Below are positions 55,201 through 64,000 of a DNA stretch of 64,000 bases, one piece after another. Below the pieces are notes generated by a model. It saw only the letters and a list, made by a program, of their open reading frames with translations, was not told where the DNA came from and made no database searches. Made by a program: the position numbers and the translations under genes. The stretch spans positions 124,001-188,000 of the IMG/VR virus record IMGVR_UViG_3300017991_000048, one strand, 5' to 3'. The stretch's first letter is position 1; every line of letters begins with the position of its first letter.

Positions 55201-57540
55201 ATGGAAAGATTTTTTCTCGTTTTTACCCTAATCGTGGCGACAGCCTGCGGGACTAGCGCCACCCCTCCCTCTGGGTCAAAATCTGGCGATCCGACGTCTG
55301 TTACAAGCGGTGAAACCGACGATGCTGAAAAGCCAGACGACACCTCTACTCAAGATGCTGGAGTGTTGGATAGTGCTTCTGAGGTATTGGACAGTGGCTC
55401 TGAGCCCTTAGATTCCAGTGTTGATGCTAGTATAGAAGACTCAGGCACTGGTGCTTCAGACACTGGTATAGGAGACTCAGGCACTGATAGCGGGGCAATT
55501 GACGCTGGCTCCGATACGGCTACAGACACTTCTGTCCCAGATTGCACCACAGGAACTAAGTGCGTCGATCTTAAGGTCTTTGCCTGTGTTAGCGGCTCCT
55601 GGGTAGAGCAGAGCACCTGTCCCTACGTGTGTGACAACGGAGCTTGCACTGGGGTCTGCACCCCCTCTGACAAGCGGTGCAACGATAAGAATTTAGAGGT
55701 TTGCGATCTAAACGGGCAATGGGAAATCTCCACTACATGCCCCTACATTTGTTCAGGTACTGCCTGTGCTGGAAGTTGTGTTCCAGACGACAAAGACTGC
55801 TCAGGAACTACGTCCCGGACCTGTAACAACTCTGGCGAATGGGTCAATGGTTCGGCCTGTCCTTATGTATGTTCAGACGGAGACTGTACAGGTGTGTGTG
55901 TCCCAACTACTCGTCAATGCGATGGATTAAAATCTCAGACCTGTAGTGCTCAGGGGCAATGGGAAACAGACCAAACCTGTCCTTACGTTTGCTCAGGTAA
56001 TGGAAACTGTACAGGCGAGTGTGTTCCTACCACTAAACAGTGTGATGGCTCTACGCCTCAAGTATGTGACGGTGACGGCTTTTGGGCTTCTGGATCAGCT
56101 TGTGGCTATGTATGCTCACAGGGGGATTGTACGGGGGTCTGTGTCCCAGAAACTGATCGATGCGAGGGCAAGAAGTCTCAGACTTGTAACGCTCAAGGTC
56201 AATGGGCGACAAATCAAACCTGTCCCTATGTCTGCACAGGGGCCGGGAACTGTACCGGTGAGTGTGTCCCTGAGAGTGAGGACTGTCAGGGAGATACCCC
56301 ACGGTCTTGTAATGCTCAAGGTCAATGGATAAGCGGCTCAGAGTGCCCGTTTGTGTGCTTAGATGGCGATTGTACCGGTGTCTGTGAGCCTGAAGATACC
56401 CAGTGCTCTGACGAACAAATTCAGGACTGCAACGCTCTAGGCCAATGGAACACGCCTGTTGATTGTGAGGCTGTTGACGGAGCCGAGTCCTACTGTGAAA
56501 CAGGTGAATGCACCTATGCTTGTAAGCTAGATTTTGATGATTGTGACAGCAATCCTAACAACGGTTGCGAAGCCGATCTAAATGCCGATCCTGATAACTG
56601 TGGCTATTGTGGGCATTGGTGTTGTGGCGGAGCTTGCGGGGATGGAACATGCGAAGTTTACACTTCAGGTATCTACCCTTCGTTAGGTCCGTGGCCCCAG
56701 ATAGACAGTTACGATGTAAGTCAAACGGACATCTACTGGACTACTGGCACTGATCTCAAAAAACAGTCTCGCTCAGGTGGGGGAACCACAACGCTTGTTT
56801 CCGGAGAAACCAACCTCCGGGCTGTAACAGTTTATGAGTCGGAAGTGTTTTGGACTTCCGATAGCCCTTCTACTCGTATATATTCTCTCACCACTCCGGA
56901 AGGCATCAGCACCTTTACCAGCATCGCCAATCAACTCGTCGTGACTTCTACCGATATTTTTTATGCTGTTGGCAACCGAAGTGTTATAAATTACGTCCTA
57001 CGTTCTAATAATCACGTTGATAGCGTAATGAGTGGCGGTTTAACCAACGCATACGCAGAGCCAATCGTAACAGATGGCACTTATGTATATGCCGCCCGTC
57101 AGATGTACTCTTCAAACCAAACCCCTATTGTAAGAGCCCCAATCCATGGTGATACGGAAGCGGTCTTTGTCGATTACTCACCAACAATACCAACCGCAGC
57201 ATACAGTTTCAGGCATCTGGCAATAGACGACGCTAACTTATATTATGTCTTCTATATAGGCGCTGAGCCTGCTTCAAACGGTATTTACAAAAAGCCGCTT
57301 GCAGGCGGGGATGCAGTGCAACTTCTATCTAGCTCTACCTCGTATGCGCTTGCTACCGATGGTCTGAACATCTACTACGCCAACTCTCCTCCTGGTCCCG
57401 ACTCAATTCAGAAAATCAGTGTAGATGGAGGATCAGCGACAACCTTACACACGGGCGACAACTTCCGAGATATAAAAGTTGTAGACCAATGTGTGTACTT
57501 TTATGGCAATGGAGTCCAAGCCATTGCAGTGGAGCCCTAG
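55201..57540 (+). CDS. myxobacterial-type Cys-rich repeat lipoprotein with C-terminal beta-propeller (DUF5050-like)
   Basis: Lipobox VATAC; DAG/DSG linker; 7+ Cys repeats; NGCEADLNADPDNCGYCG module; blades LAIDDANLYY, LATDGLNIYYAN, IVTDGTYVY. Confidence 0.8.
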   Translation: MERFFLVFTLIVATACGTSATPPSGSKSGDPTSVTSGETDDAEKPDDTSTQDAGVLDSASEVLDSGSEPLDSSVDASIEDSGTGASDTGIGDSGTDSGAIDAGSDTATDTSVPDCTTGTKCVDLKVFACVSGSWVEQSTCPYVCDNGACTGVCTPSDKRCNDKNLEVCDLNGQWEISTTCPYICSGTACAGSCVPDDKDCSGTTSRTCNNSGEWVNGSACPYVCSDGDCTGVCVPTTRQCDGLKSQTCSAQGQWETDQTCPYVCSGNGNCTGECVPTTKQCDGSTPQVCDGDGFWASGSACGYVCSQGDCTGVCVPETDRCEGKKSQTCNAQGQWATNQTCPYVCTGAGNCTGECVPESEDCQGDTPRSCNAQGQWISGSECPFVCLDGDCTGVCEPEDTQCSDEQIQDCNALGQWNTPVDCEAVDGAESYCETGECTYACKLDFDDCDSNPNNGCEADLNADPDNCGYCGHWCCGGACGDGTCEVYTSGIYPSLGPWPQIDSYDVSQTDIYWTTGTDLKKQSRSGGGTTTLVSGETNLRAVTVYESEVFWTSDSPSTRIYSLTTPEGISTFTSIANQLVVTSTDIFYAVGNRSVINYVLRSNNHVDSVMSGGLTNAYAEPIVTDGTYVYAARQMYSSNQTPIVRAPIHGDTEAVFVDYSPTIPTAAYSFRHLAIDDANLYYVFYIGAEPASNGIYKKPLAGGDAVQLLSSSTSYALATDGLNIYYANSPPGPDSIQKISVDGGSATTLHTGDNFRDIKVVDQCVYFYGNGVQAIAVEP
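55543..56466 (+). repeat. tandem ~40-aa six-Cys repeats (7 full + 1 partial)
   Basis: C.P....C.G.....C...G.W.....CPYVC..G.C.G.; units alternate (GDCTGV / GNCTGE), giving a higher-order ~81-aa repeat. Confidence 0.85.
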
Positions 57541-57541
57541 A

Positions 57542-57775
57542 ATGCCTGGAACACCATCTATTGCGTCCCGACGAGTAATCTTGCTCATCGACGACAATAA
57601 GGACACCGAAAGAGCCAGAAGCCTGCTCAAAAACCGGCGTATCAAGTTTTCTGAAGTAAGTGACGCCACTATCCGTGGGCCAAAACCACCTTATCCGCGC
57701 CCATCACTGATAGCTGGCGGAGTGGTCTACAAAGGCTTGAACGAAATCAGATTTGGCGTCAACTTTGTTCTATAG
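57542..57775 (+). CDS. small glutaredoxin-like protein lacking CxxC
   Basis: GGAG SD; VILL......ERARSLLKNRRIKFSEV...PSLIAGGVVYKGLNEI. Confidence 0.4.
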   Translation: MPGTPSIASRRVILLIDDNKDTERARSLLKNRRIKFSEVSDATIRGPKPPYPRPSLIAGGVVYKGLNEIRFGVNFVL

Positions 57776-58024
57776 TGATTTAATTATCCATACAGCCAAC
57801 GCTATAAGAACCGGGATAGCCCCACCCATCAGACCCCAGACGTGAGATTTAACCTTTAGAACACCGATCTCGACCTTAATGTCCGTCTGGTCACTTTGGA
57901 TCTTCTCTACCGTCTGATTTATTCTCTTAATCTCCTTGAGCACGTGAATAGTGTACTCGCTAACGTCTCTCTGAGAGCTAGGAGTGCGCGGAGGTGTGAG
58001 GCTATCATCATCATAGATTCCCAT
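57770..58024 (-). CDS. small coiled-coil + C-terminal TM protein (holin/XhlA-like)
   Basis: Heptad helix followed by WGLMGGAIPVLIALAVWII. Confidence 0.5.
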   Translation of the reverse strand: MGIYDDDSLTPPRTPSSQRDVSEYTIHVLKEIKRINQTVEKIQSDQTDIKVEIGVLKVKSHVWGLMGGAIPVLIALAVWIIKSL

Positions 58025-58226
58025 CTAAGTTTCTTTCTCGTGCTATAATCCTAGTCGCAAGCTTTTCTATTTCTTCCAGTTCCCCGTTCTGGCCATTTCC
58101 CCCATTCACACGTTCCTCTTCCTCTATTACACCGTTTTTCTTTTGAACCTCCATCGCGTAAACAACGCCCACGCTGGCTATAACTGAGATGCAAACAGTG
58201 AGCATGATTAAAAACGCGGTTTCCAT
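58011..58226 (-). CDS. small N-terminal TM protein
   Basis: AGGAGG SD; hydrophobic N-terminus. Confidence 0.5.
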   Translation of the reverse strand: METAFLIMLTVCISVIASVGVVYAMEVQKKNGVIEEEERVNGGNGQNGELEEIEKLATRIIARERNLDGNL

Positions 58227-58315
58227 CTTAACACACCTCCTAGAGGCTAAACGGCTTCTTACTATATAATAACAGTAATAATAAGATCTTCATTCCTATT
58301 TTACAGTTTTTCCAA

Positions 58316-59167
58316 CTAAGCTCTTTCCTCCAAATAAACGCTAAGAGCCTCTTCCCAAGGAATTAAACGGTCCAACCCTATCGTTTTCAAACCCTTATTT
58401 TCCAAAACCGAGTAAGAAGGCCGAGTAGCCTTGGCTCCAGACTCCGCTGTTGTTTGTGGGCTCACGTCAGGTTCGAGCCCTTTTTGCCTGAAGATTTCCA
58501 GGGCAAACTCGTACCAGGAGCACTGACCCTGACATGTAGCATGGTAAAGCCCGTAACTCTCTGTCCGAATCAGAACTCCTATTTGCTGTGCCAAGCCTTT
58601 AGTTGAGGTAGGCGTTAAAACCTGATCGTCAACCACTTTTATAGGCTTTCCTGATTCAGCCAATCTTAACATTGTTTCAACAAAGTTACCCCCTTTGCCA
58701 GATGAGCCTGCTAACCCGTACAGCCCACTGGTCCTGACAATGAAATGCCTGTGCCACGAAAGCTGAATGTCAAGTTCCCCTGCTACCTTGCTAGACCCAT
58801 ATACATTCACTGGGTCTACTTCATCCGCCTCTATGTATGGTTCGCCTTTCTTCCCTGAGAAGACATAATCTGTGCTCAGATGTACCAGAGCGGCGTTCAA
58901 GTTGTTGCATACTCTCGCAAGATTAGAAGCTCCATCAGCATTCACTTTAGTGGCCAAATCAGGATGCTCTTCGGCTTCATCAACTCGGTGGTATGCCGCT
59001 GTGTTTATTACGACTTCTGGCTCTAGAGGCTCTAATACGGTCTTAACGGACTCATATTGACTCACCTCTATGTCTCTGTGAGTGAGCTTGGAAACCGTGT
59101 CCTCGTTCAATGTCAGAATGAGGTCGTGAGCCAGTTGCCCGTTTGCCCCAATCAAAGCAATCCGCAC
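58316..59167 (-). CDS. rmlD: dTDP-4-dehydrorhamnose reductase
   Basis: GANGQL, INTAAY, STDYVF.G, YGSSK..GE, GNFV.TM, VV.DQ..TPT, SWYEFA, RP.YSVL. Confidence 0.95.
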   Translation of the reverse strand: MRIALIGANGQLAHDLILTLNEDTVSKLTHRDIEVSQYESVKTVLEPLEPEVVINTAAYHRVDEAEEHPDLATKVNADGASNLARVCNNLNAALVHLSTDYVFSGKKGEPYIEADEVDPVNVYGSSKVAGELDIQLSWHRHFIVRTSGLYGLAGSSGKGGNFVETMLRLAESGKPIKVVDDQVLTPTSTKGLAQQIGVLIRTESYGLYHATCQGQCSWYEFALEIFRQKGLEPDVSPQTTAESGAKATRPSYSVLENKGLKTIGLDRLIPWEEALSVYLEERA

Positions 59168-59168
59168 G

Positions 59169-60206
59169 TCAAAAAACCGATCCAGTCACCTTGATAACGC
59201 CACTAGCCTCTTCCAAAAGCCTCATCCAATTAATATTATAGTATCGAGGGTTCTCAAAATCCATATAATTATATTCTTTGATCTTCTCGACTATAGTCAC
59301 AACGGATTCCTCGATCGTAACCTTTGGTTTGATGCCCAAAACTTTTTCCATCTTGGTGGTTTCAACTCTGTAACTCCGTACTCCTTTGTAGGAGTATACC
59401 GGTTCGATATCTACCTGTATGTTCAACTGAGACAGTGCCTCTTTCGTTCTAAGAGCCAGTTCAGATATACGCATGTTTTCAGATGAGATATTAAAGATCT
59501 CACCCCTAACTTTTTCAGCCGGTGCTTCGATGCTGGCTATATAGGCTCTGGCTACATCTCGTACACTAATCAAGGGACGCCACATTTCCCCGCCATAATG
59601 TAAAACCAACTTGCCCTTTGTCAGAGCATCTTTGACAAAGGTGTTGACTACCAAGTCGTAACGCATCCTGGGCGAGAAACCAAATATAGTACCTTTACGT
59701 AAAAGCACAGGACAGAAATCTCCATCCACCATCTCAAGCAAGAGCTTTTCGGCTTCCAGTTTGGAACTTGAGTAAGCTGAACGAGAAACTACGTCAGCCT
59801 CTTCATCCTGAAGCATGTCTTGTTCATCATCCCCAACTCCTTTGTCGTAGATCGAACAAGTGGACGCAAGGACGTACCTCTGCACCCCGGCTTCTTTACA
59901 CAGTCGTGCCAATGTTACCGTGGCGTCCGTGTTCATCTCGTGGTTGGCTTTTGGATTGAACTCAGCAGTCGGATCGTTTGAAAGACCGCCAATATTTATA
60001 ACAGCGCTTACCCCCTCAAAAGCTTCAGGGCCGACTGAACGCATATCTTCAACGATGAGTTCAACTCTGTCCCGAAATTCGCGTAAACCGTAATCCCCAA
60101 AGTAAAGCCTGTCCACAATCTTTACAGAGTAGCCTCGCTCCAATAGCTCTTCTGTCAAGACGGACCCAACATACCCCGCTCCGCCAACAAGTAGGACTTT
60201 CTTCAC
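59169..60206 (-). CDS. NAD-dependent sugar epimerase/dehydratase (extended SDR)
   Basis: GGAGYVGS, LSNDP, ASTCSIY, YSSSK, SPRMRYDLVVN, WRP. Confidence 0.92.
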   Translation of the reverse strand: MKKVLLVGGAGYVGSVLTEELLERGYSVKIVDRLYFGDYGLREFRDRVELIVEDMRSVGPEAFEGVSAVINIGGLSNDPTAEFNPKANHEMNTDATVTLARLCKEAGVQRYVLASTCSIYDKGVGDDEQDMLQDEEADVVSRSAYSSSKLEAEKLLLEMVDGDFCPVLLRKGTIFGFSPRMRYDLVVNTFVKDALTKGKLVLHYGGEMWRPLISVRDVARAYIASIEAPAEKVRGEIFNISSENMRISELALRTKEALSQLNIQVDIEPVYSYKGVRSYRVETTKMEKVLGIKPKVTIEESVVTIVEKIKEYNYMDFENPRYYNINWMRLLEEASGVIKVTGSVF

Positions 60207-60668
60207 TTACTTGCCTTTCACCGTCCAAAGGCCGCCATAAAAGTTCGGCGGAATCCGAACTTCGTCGGGCTGCTCAGGATTGTAACAATGGCTGGCTACG
60301 CTGATCATCTGAGTATCGTCCTCAAGAGACATCCAGCCGTGGTATACACCGGGGGGTACAACAACCAGCCGGGGCCTTCTGGAACTGGCAATGATTGTCA
60401 TCTTTTCGTCCTTGGTAGGCCCTTCACGATCATCGACAAGCACAAATTTGGCGGTGCCGTGGCTGATAAAGAACCAGTCCCAAAGCTCTTCATGTTTATG
60501 AAACGCCCGAATGGTCCCGCGTACAGGGTCGCCTACCAAATAAACTTGGCCGAACTTATGAACCACACCATGCGGCATGGAGTCTTCGGCATGACGGACG
60601 ATTTCAATGAGATAACCTCTGTCGTCCTCGTGGCAAGTTAGATCTATTATTTTCACATCTGTAATCAT
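60207..60668 (-). CDS. rmlC: dTDP-4-dehydrorhamnose 3,5-epimerase-like (cupin)
   Basis: HEDDRG.L.E, GTIRAFHKH, LVDDRE, VPPGVYHG, YNPEQPDE.R. Confidence 0.85.
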   Translation of the reverse strand: MITDVKIIDLTCHEDDRGYLIEIVRHAEDSMPHGVVHKFGQVYLVGDPVRGTIRAFHKHEELWDWFFISHGTAKFVLVDDREGPTKDEKMTIIASSRRPRLVVVPPGVYHGWMSLEDDTQMISVASHCYNPEQPDEVRIPPNFYGGLWTVKGK

Positions 60669-61355
60669 CTATATATCCTCATTAGGTAAATCAAACTCTG
60701 CGAAGAGAGATGCGACATACACATTCTCAACAGAATAATTATCAGTAATTTGAACTTCCAAGCGATAAGGGTGGGGGAACATATGTGAAAAGAATGTGTC
60801 TGAGAAAATGTTTCCTACCGACTTGGCCGGTACGTGATCTTCGGCTGTTAGTACAACCTCATTACCGTCCTCACCTACCAACAAACAGTCCACGGTATGA
60901 TCAACCGGATCGTTGTTAAACAGAACAAAACTAGCGCCACAAGGGTAGAAACTTGTTACCGGGACTTGCCACATCTTTCCTGGAGGCGGCGCGGCTACCA
61001 CGGTTCGTCCGGGACCAATACGAACTCTTGGGCTGACACAAGACTTGTCTACGTGAATCTTATCTGGGGTAAAAACCAGATCGTCTTTTTCTGTTTGTAA
61101 TATGATTTTTTCATTTGCCACAAGACCGAACGTAGCGGAAGCTGGATTAGGGGACGGCACATTCGCAGATTCATCTTTCCCCAAAACCCCATCAGCTAAT
61201 GCCAATTCATTGCCGTGAGTATCGATATACAAGATCTTATATTCAACCGGATCACTGCCTTTGTTGTGTATAGCCCCGACATTGACCGCCTCGCCTACAT
61301 TACAGACAATCCTGATCTCATCCTCAGCCCCTTCAACGAGCACACGGTTTACCAT
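60669..61355 (-). CDS. hypothetical beta-rich protein
   Basis: 228-aa ORF within the sugar cluster; two similar halves (HNKGSDPV / NNDPVDH). Confidence 0.55.
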   Translation of the reverse strand: MVNRVLVEGAEDEIRIVCNVGEAVNVGAIHNKGSDPVEYKILYIDTHGNELALADGVLGKDESANVPSPNPASATFGLVANEKIILQTEKDDLVFTPDKIHVDKSCVSPRVRIGPGRTVVAAPPPGKMWQVPVTSFYPCGASFVLFNNDPVDHTVDCLLVGEDGNEVVLTAEDHVPAKSVGNIFSDTFFSHMFPHPYRLEVQITDNYSVENVYVASLFAEFDLPNEDI

Positions 61356-61993
61356 TTAACTAGATCCTCAAACTGTAAAAACGCTGGTTTTTTTGGATAC
61401 CCTTCTTTGGTGGCGTCTTCAACTAACATGGGAAGCCCTGGAGAAACGAGGCCAGTAGAAGCCACATTTGTTCTTGGGTACGGAATGCGTTTCCCTAAAA
61501 ACTTAGCCAAGTCCTCCATCTTGGTAGTTGATTCCAACGGAAGAACAAGAAGTTGTTTCGTTCCAGCAAAATAATCTCGTACTCCTTCTTCATGTTCTAA
61601 AAAGACACGCTTGAAATGAGCCTCATGGTATCCCTCGATATTACAAGGACACCCGAAGATTTTGGATGAACGCCAATCGAGAAGCTTTTGTAATCTCGGT
61701 GGCCAGACGGTCTTCATGTGCTTCTGTATTGACACTAACCACTTGTCCACATTCCGTGTGGTCAGTATGAATTTACTGTCAGGGTACGTCTTATCACACA
61801 ACTCGTATTCGACCTCATTCATATTACTGATTGAATCCCAAGGTCTGGCGTCCCAGTAAACATCTCCGGTTTCCTGAAGATGTTCCGCATATTTCAACGG
61901 GAAGTGTATATCGACCAGCCCCATCATTCGTACAGCAAACGAGTAAGAAGTTGTTCCGGTTTTGAAATGGCCTATGGCAAAAATCTTAGACAT
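61349..61993 (-). CDS. sulfotransferase family protein
   Basis: KIFAIGHFKTGTTS (PAPS loop), YPDSKFILTTR..KW..S, H...V.DYF. Confidence 0.85.
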   Translation of the reverse strand: MSKIFAIGHFKTGTTSYSFAVRMMGLVDIHFPLKYAEHLQETGDVYWDARPWDSISNMNEVEYELCDKTYPDSKFILTTRNVDKWLVSIQKHMKTVWPPRLQKLLDWRSSKIFGCPCNIEGYHEAHFKRVFLEHEEGVRDYFAGTKQLLVLPLESTTKMEDLAKFLGKRIPYPRTNVASTGLVSPGLPMLVEDATKEGYPKKPAFLQFEDLVKW

Positions 61994-62747
61994 CGAAATA
62001 AGTTTCTATAAGTTTGTCCACAGCATTTTCCTTAATCACATCTTTCGGAATGTGACGTCCTGGCCATGTTTTCTCAAGCTCGATCAAATCTTCGTATAGA
62101 GGGAAGTAATCTACACCATTATTTTCCTCGGCCAATTCCTTACACGCTGTTACCAATATAGCTTTCGATTCGGGTGTGGTTGCAGTGTTCACTGGAGCAA
62201 GAGGGGATACCATCAATATGAACGATGTATCGGCTTTCACTGATCGGAGGGTGTTTATTGAATCTTGTATATAACTTTTGCATTCTGGCACCGATAACAT
62301 TTTCGCTGTGGTATTGGCTTTCTTAAACCCTCTAGCTGGCACTTGCCAAAAACAATCATCAGCGTCTTGCCAAACTTCTGCCATACCGAAAATGAATATT
62401 ATGTTTTGAGCATCAAACATATGCCGCAAAACATTATTGTAAAGCCATCGCCTACGGTCAAAGAAATGCTCTTTTGTGAACGGCATGAGGCCAGCTAATT
62501 GTATATCAATATACTGCCCCAAGTAGCTGCGGCAAAACTTTTCATAATCTTCATCGTGAACGACTCCGCCTCGATGATAAATTTTCGTCGCTATCTCTAT
62601 TTCACAGTAAATACCGGGCGGAGAATATTTATTGAAGTCGCCTGGGGTTTTCACTACTTTGAGAACCCCATCTAAATGGTTTTCCATCTGTCTTGCTATA
62701 CAACTCCCGAACAAAAATAGCTTTGTGTCTTGAAAATCAGTAGCCAT
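61986..62747 (-). CDS. GSCFA-domain protein
   Basis: FGSCIA, IFIFGMAEVW, ILMVSP, SKAIL, YFP.YE, RH. Confidence 0.8.
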   Translation of the reverse strand: MATDFQDTKLFLFGSCIARQMENHLDGVLKVVKTPGDFNKYSPPGIYCEIEIATKIYHRGGVVHDEDYEKFCRSYLGQYIDIQLAGLMPFTKEHFFDRRRWLYNNVLRHMFDAQNIIFIFGMAEVWQDADDCFWQVPARGFKKANTTAKMLSVPECKSYIQDSINTLRSVKADTSFILMVSPLAPVNTATTPESKAILVTACKELAEENNGVDYFPLYEDLIELEKTWPGRHIPKDVIKENAVDKLIETYFDV

Positions 62748-63435
62748 ACTTCTTCGCCAGTGTTTTCAGGCCCTCTTGTAGTGGCGCACTCAGACCGCTC
62801 AAACTCAGCCCCTCAACAGTGTTTTTCAGATCAGGGTCTGAGTGCCACCATCCTATATTTACAGTGGTCGGGGTACTATCTAATGCTTTCCTTGCGTCAT
62901 CCAATGATCTATGGTGCCCTACCAAATCAGCTATCTTTGTCAGTTTTTCAGCACTAAGAGTTTCTAATTGGTATCTAAAATGTGCGTGGTCTTCTATTTG
63001 TTTGTTCCAATCCAGCCAAAACGCGACGGATTTAGATACCTCGTCAGTGTAGTTATGAACACCAAGCGCGTACTCTTCAATCACATCGATGTACCCCTTA
63101 TTTCGTGGGTTCCCGGTAAATAGTTCTCTGCCTACCAGCGACTTTAAAGCTGCCATTGGGTGTCGCACTTGGTGGATAACGATCACGTCTTTCGGAAGTA
63201 CGGGTAGAAAAGGAACGGCGAGCCAAGACGAATCTCCAAGGGTATCAGGCAGAGAAAGGTCCGCACCGGCCTCTAAAGAACCTCTGAACCGCCCTCGTGC
63301 CTCTCCAAGCCCAAACACCGACTCATGCCCACAAGGTATACCAAGATTTGTGAGAAGTTTTGCTATATATCCTGTGCCGCTTCTAGGCACAGCGCATATC
63401 AGAAACCGTTTCATCCGACTGGACAGATCGCGCAA
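62737..63435 (-). CDS. sulfotransferase-like protein
   Basis: ICAVPRSGTGY, CGHE, IHQVRHP...LKS. Confidence 0.75.
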   Translation of the reverse strand: MRDLSSRMKRFLICAVPRSGTGYIAKLLTNLGIPCGHESVFGLGEARGRFRGSLEAGADLSLPDTLGDSSWLAVPFLPVLPKDVIVIHQVRHPMAALKSLVGRELFTGNPRNKGYIDVIEEYALGVHNYTDEVSKSVAFWLDWNKQIEDHAHFRYQLETLSAEKLTKIADLVGHHRSLDDARKALDSTPTTVNIGWWHSDPDLKNTVEGLSLSGLSAPLQEGLKTLAKKYGY

Positions 63436-63998
63436 TAAGGGTACTTTTTCCGACCACCGGGTTTCCCTAAAGTTAGTATTATCTCCTGGTGCTTTTCGCT
63501 ATACCACAAATCTTCTACTGAAGTGTCTGAGACACTGCCCAAATCAAACTCGCCAAGAGGGTCTTGACAGCACAATCGCATCTTGCCGTCAAATCCGATG
63601 ATCATGTTTTGCCGACATCCAGCAAAGCAAGGCTTCGAACTTTGACGCCTGATCGCCTCATTCAAAGTCTCTCTGGGGTCATAATGAGTCAGATGATGTA
63701 CACTTCTAAAGGCTACTTTAGCCGACTTGAACAGGCCACCAATGTATTTTCTACGCTTAAAAGCTGCTTGGTCATTTAAAGAGATATTCAATTGATGGAA
63801 ATATGGGTCAATACTCTCCGCTATTTCTGGAGTCAGAATATCTCCATTGCTACATGCTACCACCGGGTCAAAGCCCTTTTCCATTGCATACTTTGCGAAA
63901 TCTGGAAGACGTTTATCAAACAATGGCTCATTGAAGAACTGTAGGACAACCATCTTCCGGTGTCCCATGTCCCAAGCCTGATCTAAGATGTCATACAC
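63411..63998 (-). CDS. radical SAM/SPASM protein (5'-truncated by window edge)
   Basis: FFNEPLFD, SNGDIL, PC....NMIIGFDG.MRLCC.D....LG.V...SVEDLW, C..CP. Confidence 0.8.
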   Translation of the reverse strand: MYDILDQAWDMGHRKMVVLQFFNEPLFDKRLPDFAKYAMEKGFDPVVACSNGDILTPEIAESIDPYFHQLNISLNDQAAFKRRKYIGGLFKSAKVAFRSVHHLTHYDPRETLNEAIRRQSSKPCFAGCRQNMIIGFDGKMRLCCQDPLGEFDLGSVSDTSVEDLWYSEKHQEIILTLGKPGGRKKYPYCAICPVG

Positions 63999-64000
63999 CA

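Noticed and set aside
55543-56466. Tandem ~120-nt periodicity as a possible CRISPR or DGR-like array
   Set aside because: The repeats are in-frame, degenerate at synonymous positions and encode Cys-rich protein units; there are no identical repeats with unique spacers and no reverse transcriptase.
58011-58226. KLATRIIARE near the C-terminus resembling the RY/RF tag
   Set aside because: It lacks the aromatic residue after Arg and lies in a membrane protein, so it is likely a chance match.
1-64000. tRNA/rRNA genes, integrase/transposase, and stop-codon reassignment
   Set aside because: Intergenic gaps are short with no cloverleaf or T-loop signatures seen. The only tyrosine-recombinase-like fold is the topo IB domain. 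Conserved genes are full length and end in TAA, TAG or TGA under the standard code.

Overview
A 64-kb segment of a large lytic dsDNA (jumbo-like) phage genome in the standard code, densely coding. I found no rRNA, tRNA, CRISPR array, integrase or transposase. It contains a replication operon (SNF2 helicase, degenerate DnaC-like loader, DnaB-like helicase, stand-alone primase Zn-finger, family A DNA polymerase) plus RNase HII, Dam methylase, ClpX, a DUF2997/DUF1257/Ycf46-AAA triad and two J-domain proteins. It also holds several radical SAM/Fe-S proteins, AdoMet decarboxylase, a putative lysis cassette, a 1451-aa virion protein, a myxobacterial-type Cys-rich lipoprotein (suggesting a Myxococcota host; inference) and an rmlC/rmlD/epimerase/sulfotransferase cluster. 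The most interesting signal is a layered sequence grammar. (i) A short peptide tag, x-[IV]-[VAI]-x-R-[YF]-(L)-x-A, occurs 13 times in 10 otherwise unrelated proteins, at N-termini and at internal domain junctions (including directly before a topoisomerase IB domain); it is a candidate capsid-targeting/protease-processing signal for a packaged enzyme cargo. (ii) A second tag, [TND]-L-[WY]-D-H-L, occurs in a non-overlapping protein set. (iii) There are two upstream DNA motifs: GTGTA(A/G)nnn before non-structural genes (often implying leaderless mRNAs) and TT(A/G)T-N13/14-ATG before the tagged-cargo transcription units. All family calls come from motif recognition by eye, not from database searches.
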